Assembly (NCBI RefSeq): GCF_036588685.1
Contig: NC_086384.1
Coordinates: 37,572,001-37,636,000 of the forward strand
Reading direction: 5' to 3'
Source of the DNA: Mytilus trossulus
Taxonomy: Eukaryota
Length of the DNA stretch: 64,000 nucleotides
A program made the position numbers and the translations under genes. How positions within the stretch are numbered: position 1 is the first letter of the stretch; the number at the start of each line of letters is the position of its first letter. Below are positions 13,943 through 28,115 of this stretch, piece after piece. The notes below the pieces were generated by a model that saw nothing but the letters and a program-made list of their open reading frames with translations, ran no database searches and had not been told where the DNA came from.

Positions 13943-15030
13943 TTTTTTTTCCGCCAACTTTTGTTCTTGCGATAAATGTTTGTTTCGCAATATGTCGCTT
14001 AGATATTTCTCATATGGTATCGTATAGTTTATACGCTTTTAAATTTTACCCTGCTAAGCCGAACCATTTTCTTTGTAAGAGTTATCTCCCTATTCACTGT
14101 TTATCATCTGTGTGCATCTCCTTCGTAACAAAATAAGATATCGACAAAATTCTTTTTACAAATTGTTCGTTACATCCTCAGTAATTTTTGGTGCATTTGG
14201 ATCGAAGCGATTCGATGAAATTTTATAGGAGTTATCTACCTTTACAAAATAAATTTGTCGGTATGTTTATATAACTCATCAACAGTTAACCGTATAACCC
14301 TGGAATGTTTTTATTTGAGTCCCCTAGGTCCCAACTTAGAAAATGAGGTCAAGGTCAAAGGTCAAGGTCAAGTTCTCAATTGTGACTTTTGCTTGTTTTT
14401 GCATTTTCTCCGACACTTTGAGAGATACATGTAAAAGAACAAGTGCAAAATGTCAGCTTTATTGGAATGAAGATATGCTAAATTTAGTCTTATACAATTA
14501 AATGGCATCTTATAGGAGTTGGTGCCCCTGAAATGTCTTGATATGAAGTTATTTGATTATAACTTCAATTAAGTTCATTATAAAGACATTTGACCTTATA
14601 CAAAAGGTTAAGTGACAAATGACCTTGAAAAATGGCTACCGGAAGTGACCTTTAGAAAACCGGAAGTAGCTTTTTTTGCAACTTTTTCACATAAAAGTAC
14701 TCAGAATCCATAATATTTGTCATATAGATACATGAACAGATTACTGAAGACTAAAAATGACTTTCAACAAACCGGAAGTGGCCAATTATCTCCCATTCTA
14801 CATACAAAAGTATATAGAAACTATATATTTTTGGAATCAATGTGAAAGAAGCTATCATATGAGACCGGATGTGACATTCATTTCACCGGAAGTAGCATAT
14901 TATCTCCCTTATATCACTCAAAAAGATAATTAATCCATCATTTATCGCATCAGTATAAAGAAACTACCTTCTTATCCAAATTGCTTTGGTTTGGAAAGAC
15001 TTTCAATTGTTCTCTGAACAATTGGTTTTT
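13863..15030 (+). mobile_element. Non-autonomous Helentron/HINE-like element
   Basis: 5' hairpin AAGTCTTTCCAC..GTGGAAAGACTT, (ATT)n at 13910-13941, 3' subterminal TGGAAAGACTT (14992-15002), then palindrome CAATTGTTC-tct-GAACAATTG and a T run. Absent at the paralogous site ~11238. Confidence 0.75.
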
Positions 15031-15639
15031 AATTTTGATTGATATTCGAATAAAAAAAACCATTTAATTGTTTTATAAGCATTTCTTTACTTTATACAAC
15101 TAAAACTGGTATTGTTTAATAGTATCATCATGAAATATCAACAAGATTTACAGTCTTATGTTTTATTTTGAAATATGTAGTTAATAATATGATACTTATT
15201 GTCAAAATAAATTTCTAAAAGATTCTTCAAGGACATACAGTATGATAAAGTTCGACTGAATAATGTTCACTTTTAAAGGGCATGTTCATAAATTGTAAAA
15301 TTGTATTTCCTTTCATGCCTTAAAAAAACTTTAAGGCAACAAATACAATCTGAAAAGTTACAAAATAAAAGTTATTAATAACCTAAGATTTTTAACAAAA
15401 CATATTCTGAAAATAAAATGTTTTTTTTAGGTATATAAGTGAAATATTGTCAATCATGAAGTATGGGCTAAAATGCTCTAAATTTTTCGAAATACTAAAG
15501 AATTTAAAAAACTACGGAATTTCGTACTTTATTTGGCCTTCTTAAATTCCTTGATTCAAGCATCACTGATGAGGCCTTGAAGACAAATTGCATGTCTAGT
15601 GTATGTTTAAGCCTTCAGCTGGTATCTTTATGTTGATGT

Positions 15640-15860
15640 GCTAAAGGTCTTGAGTTCGAATCTCAGCATAGACACTGGATTTTTGATAGATAGTCTTTTC
15701 CGTTTAATTAGTTATAAGTGGTAGTGAATTTGACTTTCCCGCCAAAATGTCACAGAACAAAGGAAAGCATGCAAAACAAAGAAACTCAAGCTGGGTGATC
15801 TGGTAGGGGTGATCCGGCTCAAATCACCCCTGGCATAACAAGGAAGTTGGGATGTTAGTT
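15640..15860 (+). mobile_element. Possible tRNA-derived SINE remnant
   Basis: B-box-like GAGTTCGAATCTC at 15652-15664; lies in a segment absent from the paralogous duplicate. Confidence 0.3.
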
Positions 15861-17946
15861 TTGAGAAAGGATCATTCAGGCCAGATTTATAGAGGAAATC
15901 CCCTATGAGATGTGTTGACCTGAATTTTTGAAAAACGTTTATTGTATAAATTGAAATCTTCAAAACAGGCATTCCAATGAGTTGAAAGAAAATTCAAGCA
16001 CACAGATACTCGTTTAAATAATAAGATTGAAAACACTTATAACAATATAGGAAGAGCAGTAGGTTTTCTTAAACTACAAAATTCCCATTTCGATTTTTGA
16101 AAGCTGCCATGTATGATCATTATAGAAATTGGGTCTAATAACAACATCGCAAATGGTAGAAGTTATTCAGAATGATAAAGGAACCAACGGTTAAGATACC
16201 ATTTAAATTCAAAAAGGGTTAACAGACACATGTAAATTAACCTCGCAACATTATATATGTGCTTGTCTCAAGTCAGGGGCATGTAGTTGTATCATGTTGG
16301 TGGGCACTCAACCCTTCTCGACCCGATGAAGAAACACAACTTGTAAACACACTGTTAAGCTCGGTTGAAAGATTTGATACATCAGCAAACAAATCAATAA
16401 CAAAAATACAAATGAATTTGTAAATGAAAAATGAAATACATTTTTTTGAATCTGGTTTAAAGCTCATCGTCAGGATATATAAGACAACGAACTGCAGACA
16501 ATAGTAGTAAATTGGTGTTCAAAGCTAACAAATCAGTTCAAAATACACAAATCGCTGTGATAGAAAAGTATATTGTTCTCTATCTGTATTGTCCCTCGTA
16601 GAATATGAATTTAAAAACCAGCAACCTCTCGATATCTAATATGTAGTTTCCAATTTATCTCATACACACTTCTGATTAAATTAGTATTTAATCATATTAT
16701 CCTTTTTATACTTTTTTTCGATAATTGTTATTTATTTCATATGTAAACAGAAATAAATCTTGTTCCAATCAAATCACCATAATATGGTTGTATTTTTAAA
16801 AAAGCACATAGACCTAAAAGTATATTAATGTTCCATAATATTTATGTAAAATACATATACACATTTATAATTTATTGTTGTTTTGAACTTCAGCAGAGAG
16901 TATCATTAGTAAACTATAATTTAGAAAACAAAACACAAATTGACACAATCGTATCACATAGACTACCTTTTGTTGTATGAGTGGAATTCAGTATAGTTAT
17001 TAAGAGGTGAGAGGTACAAATGGAGGAACAAAACACTCTAGTCGAACAGAGACCGACTAAATTTGAAAAAAAAGAGTAAAAAAGTTAAAGACAATTACTA
17101 AGCAAATAAACTCTTGGTGGGGTTCGTGGGGTTTATTCTTTGGTTTTCTATATTGTCATGTGTACTATTGTTTGTCTGTTTATCTTTTTCATTTTAGCCA
17201 TGGCGTTGTCAGTTTGTTTTAGATTTATGAGTTTGACTGTCCCTTTGGTACCTTTCCTCTCCCTTTTTACAAAAACTAGGAGGATGTCAGGTGTTCTGGG
17301 ATTGCAAGCATATTTCTACTGCACATGGTGCACGCGTAGGTTTGCTCAAAATAACTTGATATGTAGGATTTATATCTTAAGGGTGATTAGAAAAATATAT
17401 ATACAAATAGCTAACATGGTTTAGGTGAATGTTTGATGTACTTTTTTTTGTTATCGAGTGCAAGATGATAAATGTAATGAAAATAAATATATAAATATAG
17501 ATATTCTAGCTATGCACCAAAAAGGCACAAGCACAAGCACCAGCCAAAACAAAGTACCAGAATCTGCCAGCATACGGTCTAATGTAAAAAAAATATGTTT
17601 CAAATACTATTTAACACGAAAAAAACATACTATACAAGGATAAACTATCCTAGTTGTGTAATTACATGATGATGACAGATGACCATTAATTAAAAAAAAG
17701 TTAAGATAAATTTGTTTCGTAATTTTCATATTTTTGGGGCTTTATAGCTAAATATTCGGGATGGGTATTTCACATTGTTGAAAGACGCATGGTTGCATAG
17801 AATTGCTTAAACCAACTTTATTTGAACTTTGATTGACAATCATACCACATCTTCTTATTTTTATTTTGATAGCACTATACGGAGTTGCGCAGTAACAGAT
17901 TGGATTTTTTTTTCAATCTTTTATTTAACTATTTTTACATTCAAAT

Positions 17947-20900
17947 ATGAATACAAAATTGAATATTGAAATTTATTTTGGTATTTTGATGTTATGTTAC
18001 CAAGGCAATGCTCAATGGACCGGCGCTAACATGCCAGGTGGAAATATGATGACTGGAATCCCTCAGTGGCCTGGTGCAAATATGATGTCTGGAAACGCAC
18101 AGCAGCCTGGCGGATTTGTTATGCCAAGTGGCAATCAGATACGAGGAATATTCAGCGCTATACGTAAGTTTTTAGAATAGATTGTGCTTAAGAACTTTCA
18201 CAGTTCTAATTAAATGTAAACTAGTCAAGTTGACAAATGAAACTCCGTTTTTAAGTCATTTTCCATATTCTTTACTCTGTAAGATTTTAACAAGAGCAGT
18301 ATTTTAATATACATATAGACTATTTTACTGCATATAAAAATAAGTTACGTACTACTGAAGAGATTACATGATCTGATATATATCCTTAAATGAGTATGTA
18401 CATAGCAACCTACTAGATTTTTAAAACTTAAAACATGTATTTATTTAAGTCCTAAGGTCACATGACTCGACTGTTCTAGAAAGGTACATGCGCTCTATAA
18501 ATTGACAATGACAGTACATACATACATTGCTATTGACCTATCGGCTCAAAAAGAAACACCAATCACTTCTTTGATTTAAGTATCACTACAGTCTGACTTT
18601 TCTAATACCAAGCAATATTCTCGAAATTTAAAAATGTGCAATAAAAGATATTTCGTTCGACCTACATTTAATGCCCCCTTCAATTTATAACAGTAAGTTG
18701 AACTAGTTATATAAGTATTTTTTAACCACATTCTTGTTGACAAAGCACTTTTTTCAGTTAATGAGACATTATGGTAATTTATCATACCATGAATATTATG
18801 TTGTAGGACAAGAACAATCATCTTTATATGAATCTTAAATTTTAAAACTCCTTTAAGAACAATCATCTTTATATGAATCTTAAATTTAAAAACTCCTTTA
18901 AAAAGCAGAAATTAATTTTCAAAGACTGTTGATAAGAGTAAGAAAAGTCAGACTGTAATCGAACATTAGGTTAACCATAATGGAAGAATATAGTAATTGA
19001 AAGTTAACAAACAACAAATAAATAAATAAAAAAAAAAACAACAAAAGAATTGGATGAAAATAATTTATTATGCAAATGAACGATTTTTTGATATAGGTAA
19101 TAATGAATTATAAATGTGTTGCAAAGACCTCTGATTGGTTAACAATGGATTGATATCCTATTCTAAATTAAGTCGGAATATATTATAAGTGTCAATGCCC
19201 CAAGTGTCAATGCCCCAAGTGTCAATTCCCTGTTGGTAATATATATAACCACTACAACAGGTTATACAATGAATAATTGTATATGTTAATGATAAAAATA
19301 ACAAATGTATCAAACATGAGTATACGAAAGAGGGGCGAAATATACCAGAGGCACATTTTAACTCATAGATCGAAAATAAACTGACAAAGCCATGCCTAAA
19401 ACAGAAAAGACCAACAGAAAAACAAAAGTACACAAGACACGACATAGAAAACTAAAGACTAAGCAACACGAACTACAACAAAAAATGGGGGTGCTATCAA
19501 GTGCTCCGGAAGGGTAAGCGGATTCTACTTCACGCGTGACATCCGTCGGGCAAGGTTGATGAGGTTATATTTCTTACTAACCTCTGCATCTGATTTCGTG
19601 GTATGATTTCCAAAAAAGGCAAATGACCACAAGAGACCAAATGACACAGAAATTAACAATAATAGATCACCTTCAACAATGAGCAAAACCGATACCGCAA
19701 TATCAGCTGTTAAAGGCCCCGGTAAAACAAATGTAAAACGAACGAAAAAACTAACGATCTACATCAGCTTATATATGACAGTGTTAAAAACATATAATTT
19801 ATTTTGATCTTTTATTTTTTAGCTCAATGTGTTCCAGTTAAAAGCATTAACTGTGAAAAATACGGCTTCAATTCCACTAAGTTTCCGAATTATATTGGAC
19901 ACGCTCGTTTAGCGGAAGCTGAAAATGCTCTGACACAGATATTTACAAACACTGTTTCATGTCCTATACCGAAAGCATCCGCTGAAATGATTGGTTGTGC
20001 AACAATGATTCCGCTTTGTATAAATGGTAAAACGGTGCCCCCTTGTCAAGAAGATTGTAGAGGTATACATGTTTCTATATATAGAAAAAAGAAGACGTGG
20101 TATTATTGTCAATGAGACAAAAATGACATAGAAATTAACAACTATAGGTCACCGCACGGCCTTCAAGTCCATTAATAAGTAAAATGCGGATTCCCCCCCC
20201 CCCCCAATGTTATATGATTATATTCAGTCGTCATGATCATGAATAGATAAGAATTAATGTAATCCTTGTGTAACCTAATAGATATATATGGATTTCTATA
20301 GCTTATAATTAATCTTAAGGGTTCAATCACATGTACCCTACCCTACCAATATAATATGATCGTAGCTTAATTTGGCAAAACCTCTCGGAAATTTTGAAAC
20401 GATGAACTTTGTTTTTGTAAGTTTTCTTATGATTTCCTCTTTCAGATTTTTAAATTAAATTCAAAGTTAATCAAATATCTATTTATCATATGTATTAACA
20501 GTTTTCTTATTATTTCCTTTAGAAGATGATAAATAATCTAAGTTAATCAGATACCTACTTATTATTTTTAATTTTTGACAGTTTTCGTATGATTTTCCCT
20601 TGCAGAGGTGATAATCAAATGCAAAGTTAATCAGATACCTAATTTTGAGATGGCTGAAACGATATGTAGTTTATTTCCAAAACGAGGCTCAACATCAAAC
20701 TGTATCTCAATACAAAGTAAGTAAACATTACAGAACATGTTTAGATTTTGGTGTAAAAGTATTGAACGAAGCATATTTTTATTAAGCGTGGTTGCGTTTC
20801 GAACAGTGAGTATTTCAACGCCTTTACAGCATTATTTAAAAAAAAAAAAGAATGCATTCAATTCCGATAAATATATTTTTATGATACATTTTCATTTGAT

Positions 20901-22185
20901 TAACTAATAAGATGGTTGAACAATGGTCATGATAAATAGCGCTCGTATTTTGTAAAAGAAAAAAAAACCCACTCTGTTGAATATGTATTCTCCTTGTTGA
21001 AAATTTATCGTGGCGATCACGTCTTGTTATAGATGTTGCACTTCATTTAAACATCCAGGAAATCTGTACTTTATCTGGAATAATCTTATGTTCAGTAGTT
21101 GTCATTTGTTGGTGTGATTCATAAGTGTTTCTCGTTTTTTTTTATATAGGTTAGACCAAGGACGTATAACTAACATATATAATATACGTCTTTGGTTAGA
21201 CATTTGAATTGTTTAACACGTTGTCATTATGTGTGCCCTTTATAGCTTACTGTTCGGTGTGAACAAAGGCTCCGTTTTGAAGACCGTACTTTGACCTATA
21301 GTTGTTAACTTTTACAAATTGTGACTTGGATGAGAGAGTTGTCTCATTGGCACTCATACCACATCCTCTTGTATATATTTGTGTTTTGGCGTCTTTGACG
21401 TTTTTATGAGCTTTTGTATCGATCGGATGTGTTAAGCCTTATTTAACTGAATTTCATAATGTGTTTTCTGTTTAATAACCTAGAATCACCGTGTGTGTGT
21501 GCCTCTCCGGAATGTTGTCACTTTTGCAATTATACTAAATCTTCTCTTTTTTTTATTTGTAATGCAGCAGATATCGTTGGTCATTGTTTGTTTGTCAGAA
21601 TTATTATTCTATTAACTGTATTAATTTGTCATAAGTCAGGCCGTTGGATTGCTCATTTGGATTGTTAAAATACATTGTGCTGTTATAGCTGACTTTATGA
21701 TATGGGTTTAACTCGTTGTTGAAGGCCACACAGAGATCTATACTTATATATTCACGTTATTTGGACGTTGGTTGAAAGTTGTTACATTGGCAGTCATGCC
21801 ACGGGTTGAAGTCAAGATTTGTTCAGTGCTAGGAGCACAAAAAAAAAATCAAGCTCAAAACACGAAATCCAACATTTTGATTGGTTGATTTTGGATTATG
21901 AGTACAAATAACTGACTTGAAAATTTTATGACTTCAAGACCACATTTTATTATTAGGGAACGAACATTTAACTTCAAAGTTGGTGGTTTTCATAATTTTT
22001 TTAATTCTTTTTCAAAATTGATAAGGAAAACTACCAAAAATTTTTCATCACATGATTATTGTCTGCCAATCAACATGATAGATCTTTTATATAAAGTAAT
22101 AAAAATATTATTCAATTTAAATTTGGAACTGTCTTTTAAAAATCAATGATCTCATTTTTTCATTATTATTTTAGATACACCATAA
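17947..22185 (+). CDS. Secreted Frizzled cysteine-rich-domain (FZ/CRD)-only protein, 192 aa; join(17947-18163,19823-20062,20606-20716,22175-22185)
   Basis: Signal-peptide-like N-terminus, G/M/P/Q/W-rich repeats, then 10 Cys with Frizzled spacing and the motifs C.P....C, N.TKFPN.IGH, PPC.EDC, C..FP. Three phase-1 GT-AG introns; ends CISIQNTP*; AATAAA at ~22245. Confidence 0.8.
20421..20645 (+). repeat. Three ~80-bp tandem units; the third contains the real acceptor and start of CRD exon 3
   Basis: gttttc(t/g)tat.attt.c..t..ag..aagttaatca(g/a)ata(c/t)ct repeated at 20421, 20501 and 20581. Confidence 0.75.
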
Positions 22186-22589
22186 ATGGAAAACGGATTG
22201 GAACAGAAAAATAAGAAGAAATGCTAGTACCAAGCTTTATGATAAATAAATTATGTGATGTTTTATAATACATATTGAATTGTACATTATCTTTTGACAA
22301 AACTTCTTAAAATGTTCAATGACGATGAATGGCTGATTTGTGTTAAGAGAGAGACATATCTCTTGCACGTAAAAGACACCATTGTAGATTTCAAAAAAGA
22401 GCAGGTTCGTGTCGCTACAAGGCAGCACTCGCACCCGCAATTTGGAAAGGGACTAATATAAATTGCAATAACTTGTTTCACAATCCACTTTAAACAAATT
22501 TGTTTAAACAAAACCCGTCAGATGATTGGAGGCTAGGCAGACAGGCAAAACATTTTACAGTACACAAAATCCTTGGTAACATCTACCGT

Positions 22590-23523
22590 CTTTTGATGAA
22601 AATAAACAGAATATTGAGAAAATGCATTTGCAATTCTGTGAAAATGTTCTTGGTGTTCGGAATAGTACACCAAATAATATGGTTTACGGGGAATTAGGTC
22701 GGGTTCCGTTTGATATCTCTATAAAAACTTAGGATGGCATCATTTTGGTGCAGAACTTTTAAAACAGAGAGCAAACTGTCAAATATCCTTGTAAGACTTA
22801 TGAATAATCTACATGAAACTAATCCTACCAAATTTAAATGGATTCAATATGTAAAATCTATATGTGATGATACAGGTCTTAGTTTTATATGGAACGATCA
22901 ATTAGTTGTTAATATTGATTGGTTAAAAAGTATGATTGAACAGCGATTAACAGATCAGTACTATCAGCATTGGTTCTCGCAGATACATAATGCATCTAGG
23001 GGCGAATTCTATTCTTCATTCAAACTCGAGTTTGGTTTGGAACCGTATCTATCGCGATTACTACCCAAGGACAGATATTACATATCTGAACTTCGATGCT
23101 CGAATTTGAAGTTACCTATTGAGACGGGTAGATGGGTGGGGATCGCGAGGGAAAATATGATATGTAGATTATGTAATGAGGGAATAGGGGATGAGTTTCA
23201 TATATTGTTTACCTGTAAAAATGCTGATGTTTCTGCTCTTAGATCAAAGTTTATACCAAATTACTATGTAATGAATCCAAGCAAGAACAAATTCACTGGC
23301 TTGTTATCTATATGTTACGTACAAGTTCAAAGGAAATTATCAATTTTCGTGAAGAAAATCATAAAATACTTAATCTAATTATACCAATTGTCTTTTAAAA
23401 TATACTATGTATTTGTGTTTCGTTTGTTCTGTCTCGCTATGTATTATCTTAATATGTTTGTATATATTGTCCTCTTGTACATAAGTATGTGTCTGAGGTT
23501 ATGAATAAAATCTTGAAATCTTT
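22590..23523 (+). mobile_element. 5'-truncated non-LTR retrotransposon (LINE), ORF2 C-terminus
   Basis: ORF 22734-23378 has LRCSNLKLPIETGRW and the CCHC finger CRLC..GDEFH..FTC. The upstream frame IEKMHLQFC..VYGELGR joins through a 1-bp frameshift at ~22725. The element ends AATAAA-ATCTTGAAATCTT. Confidence 0.85.
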
Positions 23524-26079
23524 GATATGTGCCAATTAGTATTAGAAATTACGAACGAACAAATTAATTTTTTTAAATTTAAAAAAAAAATAAAATGAAC
23601 TTTTATAGTCCACAGATTTTAACTTAAAAAAAACAATCTATCGAACGACTTACTTCTTTTTTTTACTTTCAAAATTGACTTAAATATATCTAAATGATTG
23701 AATAAATTAGAATCGGTAACCAACGGAAATGAGACAAATACGGTAATGCACTTGTAAGAGTTTAACTACGGTTAACTACTAGAAACTTTTTTTAAAATTA
23801 TAATCATAATCATTTAATAATGATAATAATGAAAAGATGTGAATAAATTCAACAAAAATCTAATTTCCGACACAAACACTATAATATTTCCAATTAAAAA
23901 AGTTTTGAATGTGACAACAGCAATTATTCATTCATAAGACTTAACTTTTGACCAATGAATCAATTTAAATGGTCAGTGCCAATCTTAAGGATTTTTGATA
24001 CTCTGTTTCAACATATCAAGCGCTTTAAAAGACTGTTATTAATTGATAGTACATTGGAATTAAAAAAGCAGAAAAAATAAGGGTCCGTGTGCATGCTTAC
24101 GAGATATAAGCAATTGAAATTTGACAGGAAATTACTATCTCTGGGTTTTCATTCTTTTAACATCGGCACCTTTTTCTCATTAACTATGAAAAAATAACAA
24201 AGATTTTCAATTATTTTCAAACTATATGTAATAAAATTATGGAAAGAAAAGAAAGGGAAATCTGGTTAAAAATGGTAATGGCGCTGAATGCATAAAACAA
24301 GAGAAGTCCACATAACTGACAAAAAATATCAAAAACAAGAGGAACGAACATTCTTAATTTGAGAAAAGGGCAAACTTGTCATGTTTGTGAGATAACAGGG
24401 AAAAAAATCAAATATAAAACCAGGTGCAATTTGAAATAAGAATAATTATTTTATAATTACTATTATAATGGTGTTTTGAAATTGAACTTGATCTACTTAA
24501 AATTCTGATTGTATAGTCTGTGTTTTTTATTTATTTTTATTTATGCTGTATTATGATGTAATTGTGTTAATTGTTTTCATTGCCTATATGTTCTATATGT
24601 TTTGTATACCAGACAATCATTTTTAGTATTCTAATCAATTCCGCGGCTACATTTTGTTAAATGTTCATGTAAATCCTTTGCCCTTTATATTGTTTCGCTT
24701 TTGATTTAGATGAGATATGCCTGTCTCAAGGATTTTACTTTATCTTCAATGATAAAAGGACATGATTACATAACTAGGAGGGGCCTGATTGAGGAGGACG
24801 GTGTCTCATCACGATTCATGATTGATTTTTTTGTCAACACGATTCACAGAAAGTAAATTTCCATGATCATGGATCACGAAAATATTAATAAAAAAAGAGT
24901 GGAAAACGGATCACGATAGCGAAAATGCGTCGTTTACGAAGAACGAAAATAACCCATCAGGGCCCTCAACTATAAAAAGTACTGCAGTTCATTGTTTTAT
25001 ATATTGTTTCACCACATTGATAAATTTAATAATACAGTGAAACCTCTTTAAACTGAACCTCTTATGGGCTCTCGGTCATAAAACTTTACTCAGTACTCCG
25101 AGTACAAAATAAGTGCTCGAAACACAAAATCCAGTATTTTGATTGAGTCTGAGTACAAAAATCGTACTCGAAAGTCTTATGACCGCAAGGCCTGGACTTA
25201 AGATTTTGTTCGGTTTTGGCTGATGTTCGGTTTTATCAGGTTCACAACGCATACAATTTGATATGACGGTGCTGAAGAACAAGTTTGGTTTATGCAGGAT
25301 TCGATTTAGCCTGTATATTAAATCATGCTTACATTATTATGAAAATTACTGCAGTTCATTTTTTTGTATTTTGTTTTTCCACATTGATAAATTCAAATAA
25401 GTATTAAGATATATTCAATTCACTTTTATTGAAATCTTGAGCTTTAAACTAAAAGTCTCTATAGTAAAAAAATAAGTTATAAAGAAACGAAGAATAACGT
25501 CTAAAAAACGGCATGTAAATAAAAGATATTTTCAGAGTGGACACATAATAATACACATCCGTAGCACATATATTTTAACATCTGGAAAAACATATTAGAG
25601 GACAATTTCGACTTCTTCGTAGATCTGATAAAATTATTTTAATATTGATAGCATCTGGACAAACCACGAGCCTTAAAGTTTTTTTTACTGTATTCCACCA
25701 TGCAGACAAACAAAATTAAGAATATATTCATGCCTTTTCAAGAAGACTGGTATGCTCGCCTTGAGATGCAGGTCGGAAGTTTTATCCAAGCATATCAACC
25801 GACAAACTTGAAAGTTGGCATTTGTTCCCTGCACGTGGGATTTTGAAGCAAGGGAAACACTATAAAGCAGGAATGTGTGAAAGAAGTGAAAAAATACCGA
25901 AATAATTTTCATATAGCTTTTGGTATTTGGAAGAAATAAGCGGAAAACTGTAAAACTGGTATTTGTAAATTTTTCAAAGTTTATTCACGTAAAAAAACTT
26001 TTGTGGAAATGAGAAGAAATCTTTTTGATAAGCTTAGCTTTTTTGTTAAATATTTGTTTGTTTTGTAATTGTGGTCACA

Positions 26080-26385
26080 CAGTGATGACTGCTGAACCTA
26101 GATTTTGACTATTTTACCTATTATGTCTGTTTTGTTCACTCATAGTTGTAGATATAATGGAATTTAGTGCGACTGTTATACAAGAATGAGGTTTAGCGCT
26201 AAAAAACAGGTTCAATCCACCATTTTCTACCTTTGAAAATGCCTGTTTCAAGTCAGGAATATGACAGTGGTTGTCCATTCGTTCGATGTGTTTTATCATT
26301 TGATTTTGCCATTTGATTAAGGACAATCATTCCGTTTTGAATTTTCCTCGGAGTTCAGTATTTTTGTGTGGTTTTACTTTTTAGA
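26080..26385 (+). repeat. Dispersed repeat family (copies 605-690, 7635-7810, 35445-35630, 58390-58525, 62905-63065)
   Basis: Shared tttgattttgccatttgattagggactttcc..ttgaattttcctcggagttcag. Confidence 0.7.
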
Positions 26386-27654
26386 CAGAATTTGAAATAA
26401 AATATGAGGAGATAAGATTCATCAATATGCTTAAGAAATAATGCATAGGTGCTTGAATATATCGTGATTTTACCACGGGTTGGCCCTTTATGACAAATGT
26501 TTTACCCTGAGCGATAGCGCAAGTAAAAACAACCAGCGCTAATACCAACTTTACAGTAATCTATTGGTGTTCACGTGCTTCAAAATGTCAGGTTAAATGT
26601 GTTCCGTTTCTTTACAAATGCTTATCAATATCAAATGTCATCTTTTAAGTGTTCCGTTTGTTTTCGTTTACCATTTTTTTTTTCTAATTTGGATCCGAAT
26701 GTCATTGAGTATTACAGTTATTTTCATTTGTTCAAATGCCAATTAACAGCTTTAAAATTTGTATTTTGTACAGGACTCTTAAAACCATTTTAAATGTAGA
26801 ATCGCAATTTTGTCGTTTCTTGTTTTTACATGATATAGGTTTTCCAGTTTGAATGGTTTTACGCTAGTATTTTTTGGGGCCCTTTATAGCTTGCTGTTCG
26901 GTGTGAGCCATGGCACCGTGTTGAAAACCGTACCTTGACCTTTAATGGTTTACTTTAATAAATTGTGATTTGGATGGAGAGTTGTCTCATTGGCACTCAT
27001 ACAACATCTTCCTATATCTATTGGAAGATAGACGCATAGTAGTCACTTCAGTGACTAATATTTTATGAATTTTCAGGACCTAAACGGATTTAAACGCTAA
27101 AATATCGGTTCCATAACAGAGACAAACTCCAGTGAATGGACACATCACAAGGTTACAACAATATTACCCACCGAACAGCAAGCTATAAAGGGCCCCACAA
27201 TTGACTTGTGTTAAAACATTCAAACAGGAAAACAAACGGTCTAACCTTTATAAAAAACCGAGAAATGTTTATTGATTTATCGTCATTATGAAATCCACAA
27301 TATATGATGCAAAATTGTATAGATTTATTTTCTTGATACATGTATACATTATACAGGTGTTAAAATGTGTTTGTAAATGAAAAAAAACGATCTACATGCA
27401 TTATATTAATAAATTAATCTATAAATAATTTTAAAGGTCAAGGGCAGATGTAGGAGTGAATCGCACCAGAGTACTCAAAAGAGAGGCAAAAGATACCAGG
27501 GACGGACAGTCAAACTCATTGATAGAAAATAAACTGACAATTATATGGCTTAAAATGAAAAAGACAAACAGACAAATAATTGTACACATGACACAACAAA
27601 GAAAACTGATGACTAAGCAACACGAACCCCACCAAAAACTGGGGGTGATCTCAA

Positions 27655-28115
27655 GGTGTCAGACCACCAATTAAAAAAATCCCTATCTGTTCAACCAAAT
27701 TTTGCAATTTTTACAGCTTTCTAAATATTTTACTTTAAGTTTAACTTCAAGGAAACCAGGTATATCCTGAATTGTACATGTATCACCTTCCTACATGCCA
27801 ATTTTCAACCAATGTTTAAAGTCTTGTAACAAATTTCTGATTTTGAAAAGACAGGTACTACCAAAATAACTCCCGGTTTTCTGGAAATCTTAAATTAGTG
27901 TACTATGTAGCGCATTAATCCTGAATTTTTAATGCAAACTCATAGACAAGTAAATTTTGGCTCAAAATGGTCTAAATATATTTCCCTTTCACCAAAAGTT
28001 TCATTTCTGCAAATTTGTTGATTAGTTTAAGAAAACAATGACATCAAAAGCACTATTTTGTGTCAAAGTAGGACTTTGTGTCTAAATTGGAGGGAGTAAT
28101 TGGTGGTCTGACACC
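27655..28115. mobile_element. MITE (GG..CC termini, Kolobok-like) nested in another repeat
   Basis: 19-bp perfect TIR GGTGTCAGACCACCAATTA, 4-bp TSD TCAA; interrupts the repeat gggggtgatctca|..ccggaagggtaagcag. Confidence 0.8.

Larger units (their letters stand above)
10920..16960. repeat. Older tandem segmental duplication 10920-12970 ~ 13530-16960 (second copy carries insertions)
   Basis: Collinear anchors ttcggacaacgaccc, ggtcatataaatgtcaccgtgtc, ttggtgggcactca(g/a)cccttct and aatctggtt(c/t)aaagctca. Confidence 0.8.

Noticed and set aside
15640-15720. tRNA gene
   Set aside because: Only a B-box-like motif; no cloverleaf could be folded.
22734-23378. 214-aa ORF as a host gene
   Set aside because: It is the C-terminus of a frameshifted, 5'-truncated LINE ORF2.
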